A stretch of 64,000 nucleotides of DNA, from the NCBI GenBank assembly GCA_050261115.1, contig JBLNCY010000006.1, forward strand, positions 32,001 to 96,000, in the 5' to 3' direction. Under the pieces are notes generated by a model. It ran no database searches. It was not told the origin of the DNA and saw only the letters and a list, made by a program, of their open reading frames with translations. Position numbers and translations under genes: made by a program. Within the stretch, counting starts at the first letter, position 1, and each line of letters opens with the position of its first letter. The stretch is from Methanocella sp. (GTDB lineage: Archaea > Thermoproteota > Bathyarchaeia > Bathyarchaeales > Bathycorpusculaceae). This document shows, one piece after another, positions 30,531 to 39,798 of the stretch.

Positions 30531-30962
30531 GTGCCGACTCGCAAAATGCGCGTGGAGCTCTTTGACAATGAGGGCAATCGGTATACCATTGCCTTTGAGG
30601 GTCAAGTGACCCGCGACAAAGCTCTACGCCTGCTTGATCTTGTTGAATTGCTAGGCGGCACACCGAATGAAACATCAAATATAACAAGTCCAGCAGTACC
30701 CAGTCCTCGTCAACTGTCTCGTTTTGAGAAGGTTCAAGCAGTAATTCAGAAGAATTTCCCCTTAATCTGGTTCTCATCCAAAGACATTCAGGCAGTCTAT
30801 GAGCAGGAATTCAAAGAACCTGTCAGCCTAAGCACCATATCCACCTACCTCTCCAGAATGGCCTCAAAAGGCATGCTTATGCGCACTGGCACCTCCAACA
30901 ACCTCAAGTACAAGACTGCCCCAAACATTCCAGCGACAATCAAGCAGCGTATAATAAAGTAG
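30531..30962 (+). CDS. Origin-adjacent winged-helix DNA-binding protein
   Basis: C-terminal wHTH FSSKDIQAVYEQEFKEPVSLSTISTYLSRMASKG; small N-terminal beta domain. Confidence 0.75.
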   Translation: MPTRKMRVELFDNEGNRYTIAFEGQVTRDKALRLLDLVELLGGTPNETSNITSPAVPSPRQLSRFEKVQAVIQKNFPLIWFSSKDIQAVYEQEFKEPVSLSTISTYLSRMASKGMLMRTGTSNNLKYKTAPNIPATIKQRIIK

Positions 30963-30963
30963 C

Positions 30964-31009
30964 TTCACAAGCCCTTCACAACAGTTCACCACTGTTCACA
31001 GGGTTCACA
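30964..31009 (+). repeat. Helically phased TTCAC(A) direct-repeat array
   Basis: TTCAC at 30964, 30975, 30985, 30995, 31004. Confidence 0.8.
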
Positions 31010-31083
31010 ACATGCTTGTATTAGGTTGACGATTATTGGTAGCTGCCCATATTTTTTAGCATGCTATTTAGTTGAGTTGAGTT

Positions 31084-31155
31084 GCGTCTCTTGCTTTGCC
31101 AAGAGACCCCTCCTTATATATATAGAGTCAACCTCGGGTTGAACCTGGTCTTGAA
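31084..31155 (-). repeat. Dispersed intergenic element, copy B
   Basis: Minus strand reads TTCAACCCGAGGTTGACTCTATATATATAAGGAGGGGTCTCTTGGCAAAGCAAGAGACGC. Confidence 0.8.
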
Positions 31156-31243
31156 AGCATACCTGCAAAAATACTAGCCTCACGGAACCCTTTAGTAGTA
31201 AAGCCCAGGAGACTGTCTATTTTGCAGTGGAAAATAAATTCGG

Positions 31244-32125
31244 CTAGGTTACGGCTGGCGAAGGCTCTGTCTTCTGCAGCAGGGCCTCCATCTCCTTTTT
31301 AATTGTATATCGGAACGGAATCTTACCAGCCTCCCTCTCCACATAACCTTCCTCATAAATCCTTTTCATCAACCTAGCCGTATGCTCCCTGCTCAAGCCA
31401 AGACGCTCTTTAATTTCCGGTGCAGTCTTAGCGCCCTCCTTAGAGAGCATCTCCAGCACTGCAATCTCTGTCTCGGTCAACGCTGCAAGAGCCTTGTCAC
31501 GTTTGATAGGAACAACCGGAAGCGCCATTTCACTTCGAGCCTCTATTGGAGCCGGCGGGGCAGTAGCTAACTTTTGGAGTTGTTCTTCCAACATAGCAAT
31601 TTTTTGTTGCATGGCTTGCTGGGCATTTTGTGCCTCTTGGAGTTTTGCTTGGAGGGTTGCCATTTCGTTTGTGAGCTCTGATTTTAGGGTTGTATTGTTT
31701 TGTGTGATTTCTGCCAAGTTTGCTGTGACGTCCTGGGTTAGAGTTTGATGTATTTGGTTAAGGGCGATGATCTGGGTTTCCAAGGGGTCGATTAGGTTCT
31801 CTAGCCGTTCGGCCTTTCGGTAGCTGGCTTCTGCGGTGGAGTAGCTGCCCTCAACTCTTGTCACCATATTATCAAATTTTTCTGATTGACGTTTTAATTC
31901 ACGGTTAAAACTAAGCACTATATCGCCCAAGAAATCTTTGGCTTTAGCGTATTCTTGTAGGCTCTGTTCATATTGTAGATGAGTTTTTGCGTATTCCTGC
32001 TGGGTTAGCTCATATACTCGGTGAACTTTGCGGATTTGACGGTAGTATTCATATCCTGCTATTGCTGTGACAGCTAATAGCACGCCAAAGATTACTACTG
32101 TTAGGTCAACCGTGATGCTCTCCAC
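31244..32125 (-). CDS. Membrane-anchored coiled-coil protein with C-terminal winged HTH
   Basis: N-terminal TM (VVIFGVLLAVTAIAGY), about 160 aa heptad-rich region, LTETEIAVLEML...APEIKERLGLSREHTARLMKRIYEEGYV. Confidence 0.8.
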   Translation of the reverse strand: MESITVDLTVVIFGVLLAVTAIAGYEYYRQIRKVHRVYELTQQEYAKTHLQYEQSLQEYAKAKDFLGDIVLSFNRELKRQSEKFDNMVTRVEGSYSTAEASYRKAERLENLIDPLETQIIALNQIHQTLTQDVTANLAEITQNNTTLKSELTNEMATLQAKLQEAQNAQQAMQQKIAMLEEQLQKLATAPPAPIEARSEMALPVVPIKRDKALAALTETEIAVLEMLSKEGAKTAPEIKERLGLSREHTARLMKRIYEEGYVEREAGKIPFRYTIKKEMEALLQKTEPSPAVT

Positions 32126-32466
32126 CTGTGATTTTTTCGTGATTCAACCGTGATTGTCACGTGATTATGATGATTTGTGATGATTACATGTGACATTAAC
32201 AGTTGCGTCACATATCACAAGTATCTCCATGGAAATTTAAGCCTATCGGTGACATTTTTCCATGAATTCATGACGTCACACATCACGGAAAACCGAATTA
32301 ATGCTTCTGTGATATCTATCCTTGGTTAAAGAGGCTTAATTTAAGCTTATTTTGTCGAAATAACTGTTATATTGGAGCTTGTGTGATGTGTGATAAACTA
32401 CCCCAAAATAGTGCAAAAATAATGGAAAAATTCGTGATTTGTGACGTCACAAAGGCTCTTGTGATG
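32111..32466. repeat. Dense GTGAT/GTGAC motif cluster
   Basis: About 20 GTGAY/RTCAC copies in ~350 bp by manual count; GTGAT at 32128, 32139, 32150, 32161 (11-bp period). Confidence 0.85.
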
Positions 32467-32944
32467 GGCTAGAAAGCCGTTTTAGGCTTGTTTCGAGCTC
32501 ATTTCTGATGATTTCTATGACTTTTGCATGGTCTTTTAGTTCCTCTTCCTTGCTGGGTAGGTTAGAGTGTGCGTCGACATAATCGTGCAGTTTATTGGCT
32601 ATTTCTAAGTACGGGTCAAGAGTTGTGGTCTCAAAAACGCCCAAATAACCTAAAAGAAGTACTGTGTAAATGGATTTTATGACGTTTTCTCTGGACTGTT
32701 TTAAAGTCCTATTAAACGAACCGCGGCTTATTTTAGCCCTTGTTAGGCGTAAGGCTGCTTTTTCATCGTATTTTAGCTCTTTGCCTGCTATATTTTCCGA
32801 TAAAATGTCAATGAGTAGCGTTTCGAGCTGTGTTTTTGTTAATTGGCTGTTTTTAGCCAGTATTTGTACAATAGGGTCTTTTAATGCTCCGTTTAACCAT
32901 GCTGTAACGCCGTCTTTTAGCTTCAAATCTCGTGATTCCTCCAT
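32447..32944 (-). CDS. Putative HTH DNA-binding protein (Tfx/sigma-region-4-like pattern)
   Basis: LTKTQLETL...YDEKAALR...ISRGSFNRTLKQSRENV resembles a tri-helical HTH. Confidence 0.6.
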   Translation of the reverse strand: MEESRDLKLKDGVTAWLNGALKDPIVQILAKNSQLTKTQLETLLIDILSENIAGKELKYDEKAALRLTRAKISRGSFNRTLKQSRENVIKSIYTVLLLGYLGVFETTTLDPYLEIANKLHDYVDAHSNLPSKEEELKDHAKVIEIIRNELETSLKRLSSPSQEPL

Positions 32945-33288
32945 ACCTTAAATGGATACAGTTTTGTATACCCACTCGGGTTTTTATCCTTTCGAAGCCC
33001 TCCTGACCCCAAAAACCGCTTGTTAAAGCAGATAAATTAGCCGTAAAAATGCAAATAACGCCTAAAAATTGAATTATTATTAAAAACAACGCTAAATTGG
33101 TACAGTTAACATAATAACGACTAAATCCTCGGTAATTTTATCGCTAAAAATGCCTGAACTTTACACAAAAAATGCACTTTTGCAAACGCCCACAACCCGC
33201 TAACCTCACCAGTTTTAACATACTCAGCACAATTAAACACACTTTTCAACCCCTAATCTAGCACCAAAACACATTTTTAGAAACCCAG

Positions 33289-33406
33289 CTCACAGTTCAC
33301 AATCCCGAAAAACCACGTGATATCACCAAAAAATGCGTGATTTTAGCCTTAAACCACTTGATATCACAGCGTTGTGATGCACCTGTGATGCCCAAATACC
33401 CATGGA
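33289..33406. repeat. Second GTGA/TCAC motif cluster
   Basis: About 8 copies in ~100 bp including GTGATATCAC and TGATATCA palindromes, ending in CCATGGA. Confidence 0.75.
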
Positions 33407-33424
33407 GAACTTGTGGCATTCACT

Positions 33425-34258
33425 CTAAATCTGCTCAGACAACCGCCTTAGCTGGTCATAAAGCTCTGGGCGAAGGTCCCGTAAGGTCGGAATAAAGGTC
33501 TCAGCAGTACGCAAATCGCCAAAATCAACCTCACAAAACACAAAATCCTCCTCATCATACCTTGCCCTAGCTAAAACGTCCCCTGTTGGGCTCACAACGC
33601 GGCTTCCACCCCAAAACTGCAAGCCATCCTCAACGCCTGCAAGGTTAACGTAGGCTAAATAGCAAGTGTTTTCCAAGGCCCGTGCCGCGGTAAGAACCTC
33701 AAAGTAGCTTCTGCGTACCGCTGGCGAAGCAGAAATGCAAATTATGAGTTGAGCCCCCTTCAGTCGGGATAGCCGAAAGACTTCGGGGAAGAAAACATCA
33801 TAGCAGATGGTTAGGCCGATGTTGCCGAGTTCAGTTTGGAAGGCGGCTGGTTCATATCCGGGCCGAAAATAGCGTTTCTCCTCAAACACGCTATGCGTTG
33901 GAAGATACATCTTGCGGTACTTGCCAATAAAGCCGTTTGGTCCCACTAGGACGGCGGTATTATAGATTGTCGCTTGGGTCTTCTCGCTTAGCTCTGGTAA
34001 CCCAAAGACGATGTGTATGCCTGTTTTCTTAGCTATCTCTTCAACTTTCGCTGTGCTAGGTCCGGGGACTGGTTCGGCTAGCGTGTACACTTGGTCTCGC
34101 AGTACATAGCCGGTAAGGCACATTTCAGGGAAAACAGCCAAGTCCACGCCCTCGGCTTTTGCCCTCTGGGTTAATTCTTCGATTTTTGCTAGGTTTGCGT
34201 TTTTGTTTTCTCGTTGGGGTGCGATTTGGCAGAGGGCAAGCTTGATTCTGGCTTTCAT
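33425..34258 (-). CDS. Carbon-nitrogen hydrolase (nitrilase superfamily)
   Basis: VFPEM, YRKMYLP, ICYD catalytic E-K-C triad; start MKARIKLALCQ. Confidence 0.9.
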   Translation of the reverse strand: MKARIKLALCQIAPQRENKNANLAKIEELTQRAKAEGVDLAVFPEMCLTGYVLRDQVYTLAEPVPGPSTAKVEEIAKKTGIHIVFGLPELSEKTQATIYNTAVLVGPNGFIGKYRKMYLPTHSVFEEKRYFRPGYEPAAFQTELGNIGLTICYDVFFPEVFRLSRLKGAQLIICISASPAVRRSYFEVLTAARALENTCYLAYVNLAGVEDGLQFWGGSRVVSPTGDVLARARYDEEDFVFCEVDFGDLRTAETFIPTLRDLRPELYDQLRRLSEQI

Positions 34259-34268
34259 GCTATTCCCT

Positions 34269-35111
34269 TTAGTATGTGTGTCTGGGTAGCCTAAAATCGT
34301 TTCCCGGAGTTCTAAACCCCAGTTTAGGTGACAGCGGCGTGCGCCGTTTATGCTCGGTTGCAAGGATGCGGGCTTGGACGCGATCAACGATTGCCTGTTC
34401 TATGTTTAGTTGCTCAGCGATTTCTTGTGGTTTCATGAACCGTTCTAGGCCGTAGAGAATCAAATCCAGCGTTTCGTATTTGATTTCGAGTTCTCCCTCT
34501 GCGGTTTGGTTTGGCCAAAGCGAGGGGGTTGCGGGTTTGAGCGCGAGTTCCTTTGGAATTCCAACGTGCATGGCTAGCCGTCGGACTTGGGTTTTGTAGA
34601 GGTCGATGATGGGTGTGATGTCTGCTGCGGCGTCACCCCATTTGGTAAAGTAGCCCATGTAGGTCTCGGACTTGTCTGAGGTGCCCGCGACGATTCGGCT
34701 TTGGTTATTTGCGTAGTAGTAGAGAATTATCATGCGGGTGCGGGCTTTGATGTTTCCTTTGCAGAGCCGCTCAGTTGGGTTGAATTCTGGAATACCCTTG
34801 TAGAATTCCTCAAGGATACTGCTCATATTCACGGTTTGGGTTTGAAGGTGGAATAGGTCAGCTATGGTTTTTGCGTCGTCGAGGTCTTGCTGCCGAAAAG
34901 TTTCCTTCTCAGGCATTATGAGGGCTAGCACGTTTTCTCCTCCGATGGCAAGGCTTGAGAGTGCGGCTGTGACGGCGCTATCCACACCGCCTGAGAGACC
35001 CAGCACGATGCCTTTGGCGTCTGCGTTTTCTACGTATTCTTTGATAAAGCGGCAGATGCGGTTTTGCACTTCAGAGAAGTCGAGTTCCAATACTTGGGGG
35101 GTTAACTTCAA
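34269..35111 (-). CDS. nadE: NAD+ synthetase
   Basis: LGLSGGVDSA, GNIKARTRM, GYFTKWGD, DLYKTQV, TEHKR. Confidence 0.95.
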   Translation of the reverse strand: MKLTPQVLELDFSEVQNRICRFIKEYVENADAKGIVLGLSGGVDSAVTAALSSLAIGGENVLALIMPEKETFRQQDLDDAKTIADLFHLQTQTVNMSSILEEFYKGIPEFNPTERLCKGNIKARTRMIILYYYANNQSRIVAGTSDKSETYMGYFTKWGDAAADITPIIDLYKTQVRRLAMHVGIPKELALKPATPSLWPNQTAEGELEIKYETLDLILYGLERFMKPQEIAEQLNIEQAIVDRVQARILATEHKRRTPLSPKLGFRTPGNDFRLPRHTY

Positions 35112-35205
35112 GGTTTAGGCAGCCTCACTGTGAAGGTTAGTAGGCAAGTATTTAAGCAGAAGGATAAATATTAATGACTACATCCAAAACTATGAAGGAA
35201 AATTT

Positions 35206-35475
35206 ATGGGGCGAAGAAGGAAAAAAGTAGTTCATGTTCCAAAGAAAAAGTTACCAAAGTTCTTCTCTTGCCCTAGGTGTGGTAAAGCAACCGTCCGAGT
35301 AGAAATCAATCGTGAGGAAGGCGGACGGGCCGTTGCACAATGTAGTAGCTGCGGACTTAGGGAAGAATTCACAGTAAAATCCGCACAAGGCGAAGTTGAT
35401 GTTTACTGCATGCTAACGGATAGAGTCTACGCTAATTTAAAGCGGACTCCCATAACTAAGGCTAAAGAAGAATAA
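35206..35475 (+). CDS. elf1: Transcription elongation factor Elf1
   Basis: MGRRRKK, LPKFFSCPRC...CSSCG, EVDVY. Confidence 0.85.
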   Translation: MGRRRKKVVHVPKKKLPKFFSCPRCGKATVRVEINREEGGRAVAQCSSCGLREEFTVKSAQGEVDVYCMLTDRVYANLKRTPITKAKEE

Positions 35476-35490
35476 ACTGACGGATGCTCA

Positions 35491-36243
35491 ATGGCTGGGC
35501 CCATAGAACGGTACTTGCTCGACAAAATCAAGGTCGATGGCTCAATCCATATGACGCTCATTGACCCCGAAAAAGTAACCGCAGAGGAAGCAGCAAGTAT
35601 CGCCCAAAGCGCCAGCAACAGCGGAACCGCAGCCATAATGATTGGCGGCTCAACGGTATCCTCCCAGAAGCAACTCGATGAAGTAGTTCAAGCGATAAAA
35701 GCCGCGGTGGCGACGCCGACGATTCTTTTTCCAGGCAACGTCAACGGGATTAGCAGAAACGCTGACGCCATCTGGTTTATGTCGATGCTGAACTCCACCG
35801 ACCCCTACTTTTTGATGGGCGCCCAAATCATAGGCGCACCATACATAAAAAAATTCAACATCGAACCCCTATCAATGGGCTATATAATTGTGGGTGACGG
35901 CGGCACAGTGGGTAAAGTCGGTAAAGCCATCCCTATTTCGTATAGCAACCCTGAGCTAGCCGTGGCACATGCCCTTGCAGGTCAATACTTGGGCATGCGC
36001 TTTATCTATCTTGAAGGCGGCTCAGGCGTAAAGGTTCCTGTCCCCACAGATATGATTCGCGCGGTTAAGCAGACAATTGATATCCCCTTAATCGTCGGAG
36101 GCGGCATTCGTACCCCTGAGGCTGCAGCGGTCGCGGCTGATGCAGGAGCCGACATCATCGTCACAGGTAACCTCATCGAAACAAGCGAAGGCACCCAACG
36201 AGTGGCCCAGATAGTCAAGGCCATCAAACACAGACGCGCTTAA
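35491..36243 (+). CDS. Geranylgeranylglyceryl phosphate synthase
   Basis: LIDPEK, MIGGST, ILFPG, YLEGGSG, VGGGIR, IVTGN. Confidence 0.93.
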   Translation: MAGPIERYLLDKIKVDGSIHMTLIDPEKVTAEEAASIAQSASNSGTAAIMIGGSTVSSQKQLDEVVQAIKAAVATPTILFPGNVNGISRNADAIWFMSMLNSTDPYFLMGAQIIGAPYIKKFNIEPLSMGYIIVGDGGTVGKVGKAIPISYSNPELAVAHALAGQYLGMRFIYLEGGSGVKVPVPTDMIRAVKQTIDIPLIVGGGIRTPEAAAVAADAGADIIVTGNLIETSEGTQRVAQIVKAIKHRRA

Positions 36244-36315
36244 GTTCTTTTGTGATTTGTTTTCGAAAGCCCAAAATACCCTTTAGTCATTACTGTTGGG
36301 CAGTGACGCGGCAAC

Positions 36316-39300
36316 TTGAACATCAACCAGGGCATAAGTAAAAGCTACCGATCCTACGTCGAGGGCTTGGAGGCAGAACTCAAGCACCTCTATGAAATCA
36401 GCGACGCCGCCAGATCCCTAGGCTTAGACCCCGCCCTAAAAACCGAATGCTTGGTTGCACAGGACATAGCTGACCTCGTAGAGGGTCTAGTGGGACCCAC
36501 AGGCGTCGCAGTCAGCATCCGCGAACTCAGCAAAAAAATGCCCCGCGAAGAAATCGCCTTCTATGCCGCCAAAGAGATTGCAGAGGGCAAATTCGCCCAA
36601 ACCGACGAAGAGCGCCAACCTGAACAGCTAGCAGAGCAAGCTATTCGGACGGCACTGGCCATTTTTACCGAAGGCTTAACCGCCGCTCCCATCCAGGGCA
36701 TTGCGCATGTGAAGATTAAGAAGAACGCTGACCAGACACGATATTTAGCGGTTTACTTCGCAGGACCAATCCGCTCTGCTGGCGGAACAGACCAAGCCCT
36801 AACTCTGGTCGTTGCCGACTACGTAAGGCGCGCCTTGGGGTTGGATGTGTATAAGCCCACCGAAGAAGAAGTCTCCCGCTTCATAGAGGAGCTTCGACTC
36901 TACGAGCGCAGTGTAGGCCGCTTCCAGTACCACATTCCCGATGAGGAACTCCGCAAGGCACTCAACATCGTCCCCGTCGAATGCACGGGCACCGAATCCG
37001 ACCCCGTCGAAGTCTCCTCCTACCGCAACCTGGACCGCGTGGAAACTAACCGCGTCCGGGGCGGCGCCCTAAGAGTCATTAACGACGGCATTGTAGGCCG
37101 GGCCCAGAAAGTCTGGGTTGTCTGCGACAAAATCGGTTTTCATGAATGGGATTGGCTTAAGAATTTTAAAAAGAAGTCTGAGAAGAAATCCGCGGGCTTC
37201 ATGGATGATGTCATCGCTGGTCGCCCCATTTTCGCTTTTCCCTCCACCCGGGGCGGCTTTAGACTTCGATATGGCCGCTCACGCAACACAGGCCTCTCCG
37301 CGGTGGGTATCCACCCTGCCACTATGGCTGTTGTGGAGGGGTTTTTGGCTGCTGGAACACAGATGCGTCTAGAGTTGCCCGGCAAAGGCGGCGTCACCCT
37401 GCCAGTAGATTACATAGAAGAGCCCGTGGTGCTGCTCAAAGATAACTCTGTTGTCCGCGTCTCCCTAACAAAGCTGCCAGATGTCAAAGGCAAAATCGCA
37501 AAAATCCTCTTTCTAGGAGACATGCTTATCGACTTTGGCGACTTCCTCTACAGTAACAAAACCCTAATTCCCTCTGGCTATGTGGAGGAATGGTACTGCC
37601 AAGACCTCAACAACGCGGTACTGTCCCTCTTTGGCGGCGATTTAGAGAAGGCTGCGGAGGCTTGCGGCCTCTCATCTAAGCGCCTAGATGCCCTTATCCA
37701 TGACCCTTTCAAGAACAAACCCAACATCAAAGAGGCATCTGCGCTCTGTCGAGCCCTCGGCGTTCCACTGGCGCCTAACTGCCTACATTACTGGAGTAAT
37801 CTGGCAACCGTTGCAGAGGTTGAGTTGATGCGTAAGTGGCTAGCTAGCTGTGATGTCACCGAAGCAGACGACGTGGGTTGCAGGATCACAGGCGCCGCAG
37901 GCAACGATGTTGTTACGGCTCTGCGGAAGGCCTTCATACCTCACAAGTACCTCGAGGGCAAAGTTACTATCCAGGGTCAAGATGCTGCCTCGTTTGCGTT
38001 CACGCTTGGGTATGGATCGTCAGGGCTAACTGAGCCGTTCCAAGCAGAAACCGTGCTCGAATTGTTGTCCAAGACCTCTGGCGTAATGATCAAGGATAAG
38101 GCTCCAACGTATGTGGGTGGACGTATGGGGCGTCCTGAGAAAGCCAAGCACCGTGATATGCGTCCTTTGGTGCATGTGCTTTTTCCTGTGGGGCTTGCAG
38201 GTGGTAGTCACCGTGATCTCTGTGCTGCAGCTAAAAAAAGCGCCGTGTTTGTTGAGATGGTTAAACGCAAATGCCCCGAATGCAAAACTTACACTATAAA
38301 ACTCAAATGTGACGCTTGCGGTGTACCGACAATTCAGGAAAAAACTTGCCCCCGATGCGGCCGTTCTTTAAAGGATAGCTACTGCGGGTCATGTAAAGCT
38401 GACGCGGTTCTCTATCAGCGTCAACCCGTTAATTTTAAGCACCTCATCGATGGTGCATGCGCTACTCTTGGTTGTTCCCCGCCCAAGATGCTTAGAGGCG
38501 TAAAAGGCTTAACAAACCTTGACAAAACCCCCGAGATGCTCGAGAAAGGGATACTGCGCGCCAAGTACGGGGTTTCAACCTACAAAGATGGCACAACTCG
38601 CTTCGACGGTACCAACGCCCCCCTTACCCATATCACTCCTGAAGAAATCGGCGTCTCTGTTGAGAAGATGCATCAGATGGGCTACCACTATGACACGCAT
38701 GGCTTGCCATTAACTCACCCTTCTCAGGTTTGTGAACTTAAAATCCAAGACGTCGTCATCCCCCGAAAAGCAGGCGACTATCTCCTCCGCGTCGCAGGGT
38801 TTGTCGATGAGTTGCTTGAGAAAGTCTACAAGCTCCCACCCTACTACAAAGCCACCAAACCCGAAGACATGGTGGGTCAGCTTATCTTTGGGCTTGCCCC
38901 TCACACCTGCGCCTGCATCCTTGGCCGTATCGTAGGCTACACAGATCGCAACCTCATCTATGCGCATCCAGTTTGGCACTCTGCTAAACGCCGAGACTGC
39001 GACGGCGACGAAGACGCCATTATGCTAGCGTTAGATACGCTTTTGAATTTTTCAAAGGTTTTCTTACCTAGCCAAATCGGCGGTATCATGGATGCTCCTA
39101 TCCTTATGTTGCCTTTCTGCAATACCAGGGAGGTTCAGCGTCAGGCCCACGACTTTGACGTTAGCCAAATTTACCCAGTGGAGTTCTATCGTAAAACTTG
39201 GGAGAAAGGCGAATCCCGTACCGTAAGTGCCGTTATGGATGTAATTAGCCACCGTCTTGGTACTGAGGGCCAATTTGAGGGTTACCAGTTCACTGTGCCC

Positions 39301-39747
39301 ACCACCAACATCAACTTGGGTAACGCTAATAGTAGCTACAAAGAGTTCAAGTCCATGACCGATAAACTCAACATGCAGTTGGGGCTAGCTGAAAAGATTG
39401 AAGCCGTCGACGCTAGGCGCGTGGCGCTTAAGGTTCTCAACTGCCACCTGATGCGTGACATTGCTGGCAACATGCGCGCTTTTTCCACCCAAGGGTTCCG
39501 ATGCAAATCATGTAACGGGAAATACCGGCGTCTTCCCCTTGCGGGTAAATGTACTCGCTGCGGTGGAGAGTTGACATTGACTGTCTACCGGGGAAACATT
39601 GAGAAATACCTCAAAGCCGCCCACAACCTAGTCGATAAGTATGGCCTGCCAAACTATTACACGCAACGTATGGATCTTATTCAGGAGGAAATCACCCTTA
39701 TGTTTGATAACAAGAAGCCTAAACAAACCAAGCTTTTCGACTTTTAA
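36316..39747 (+). CDS. polC: DNA polymerase D large subunit DP2
   Basis: AGPIRSAGGT, GGFRLRYGR, GRMGRPEKA, KRRDCDGDED catalytic motif, zinc fingers; no intein evident. Confidence 0.97.
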   Translation: MNINQGISKSYRSYVEGLEAELKHLYEISDAARSLGLDPALKTECLVAQDIADLVEGLVGPTGVAVSIRELSKKMPREEIAFYAAKEIAEGKFAQTDEERQPEQLAEQAIRTALAIFTEGLTAAPIQGIAHVKIKKNADQTRYLAVYFAGPIRSAGGTDQALTLVVADYVRRALGLDVYKPTEEEVSRFIEELRLYERSVGRFQYHIPDEELRKALNIVPVECTGTESDPVEVSSYRNLDRVETNRVRGGALRVINDGIVGRAQKVWVVCDKIGFHEWDWLKNFKKKSEKKSAGFMDDVIAGRPIFAFPSTRGGFRLRYGRSRNTGLSAVGIHPATMAVVEGFLAAGTQMRLELPGKGGVTLPVDYIEEPVVLLKDNSVVRVSLTKLPDVKGKIAKILFLGDMLIDFGDFLYSNKTLIPSGYVEEWYCQDLNNAVLSLFGGDLEKAAEACGLSSKRLDALIHDPFKNKPNIKEASALCRALGVPLAPNCLHYWSNLATVAEVELMRKWLASCDVTEADDVGCRITGAAGNDVVTALRKAFIPHKYLEGKVTIQGQDAASFAFTLGYGSSGLTEPFQAETVLELLSKTSGVMIKDKAPTYVGGRMGRPEKAKHRDMRPLVHVLFPVGLAGGSHRDLCAAAKKSAVFVEMVKRKCPECKTYTIKLKCDACGVPTIQEKTCPRCGRSLKDSYCGSCKADAVLYQRQPVNFKHLIDGACATLGCSPPKMLRGVKGLTNLDKTPEMLEKGILRAKYGVSTYKDGTTRFDGTNAPLTHITPEEIGVSVEKMHQMGYHYDTHGLPLTHPSQVCELKIQDVVIPRKAGDYLLRVAGFVDELLEKVYKLPPYYKATKPEDMVGQLIFGLAPHTCACILGRIVGYTDRNLIYAHPVWHSAKRRDCDGDEDAIMLALDTLLNFSKVFLPSQIGGIMDAPILMLPFCNTREVQRQAHDFDVSQIYPVEFYRKTWEKGESRTVSAVMDVISHRLGTEGQFEGYQFTVPTTNINLGNANSSYKEFKSMTDKLNMQLGLAEKIEAVDARRVALKVLNCHLMRDIAGNMRAFSTQGFRCKSCNGKYRRLPLAGKCTRCGGELTLTVYRGNIEKYLKAAHNLVDKYGLPNYYTQRMDLIQEEITLMFDNKKPKQTKLFDF

Positions 39748-39798
39748 TGGCTAAACCTTTTCAATGATAACACACCTTAATCAGTTCGGTGACGTGGT

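Noticed and set aside
30400-30777. Minus-strand 125-aa ORF near oriC and other short overlapping ORFs
   Set aside because: Antisense or alternate-frame shadows of better-supported genes.
32111-32466. Possible CRISPR array
   Set aside because: Repeats are 5-6 bp with irregular short spacing; no 25-40 bp repeat-spacer structure and no cas genes.
36316-39747. Intein in DP2
   Set aside because: Length and continuous motifs fit an intein-free DP2; no splicing motifs seen.
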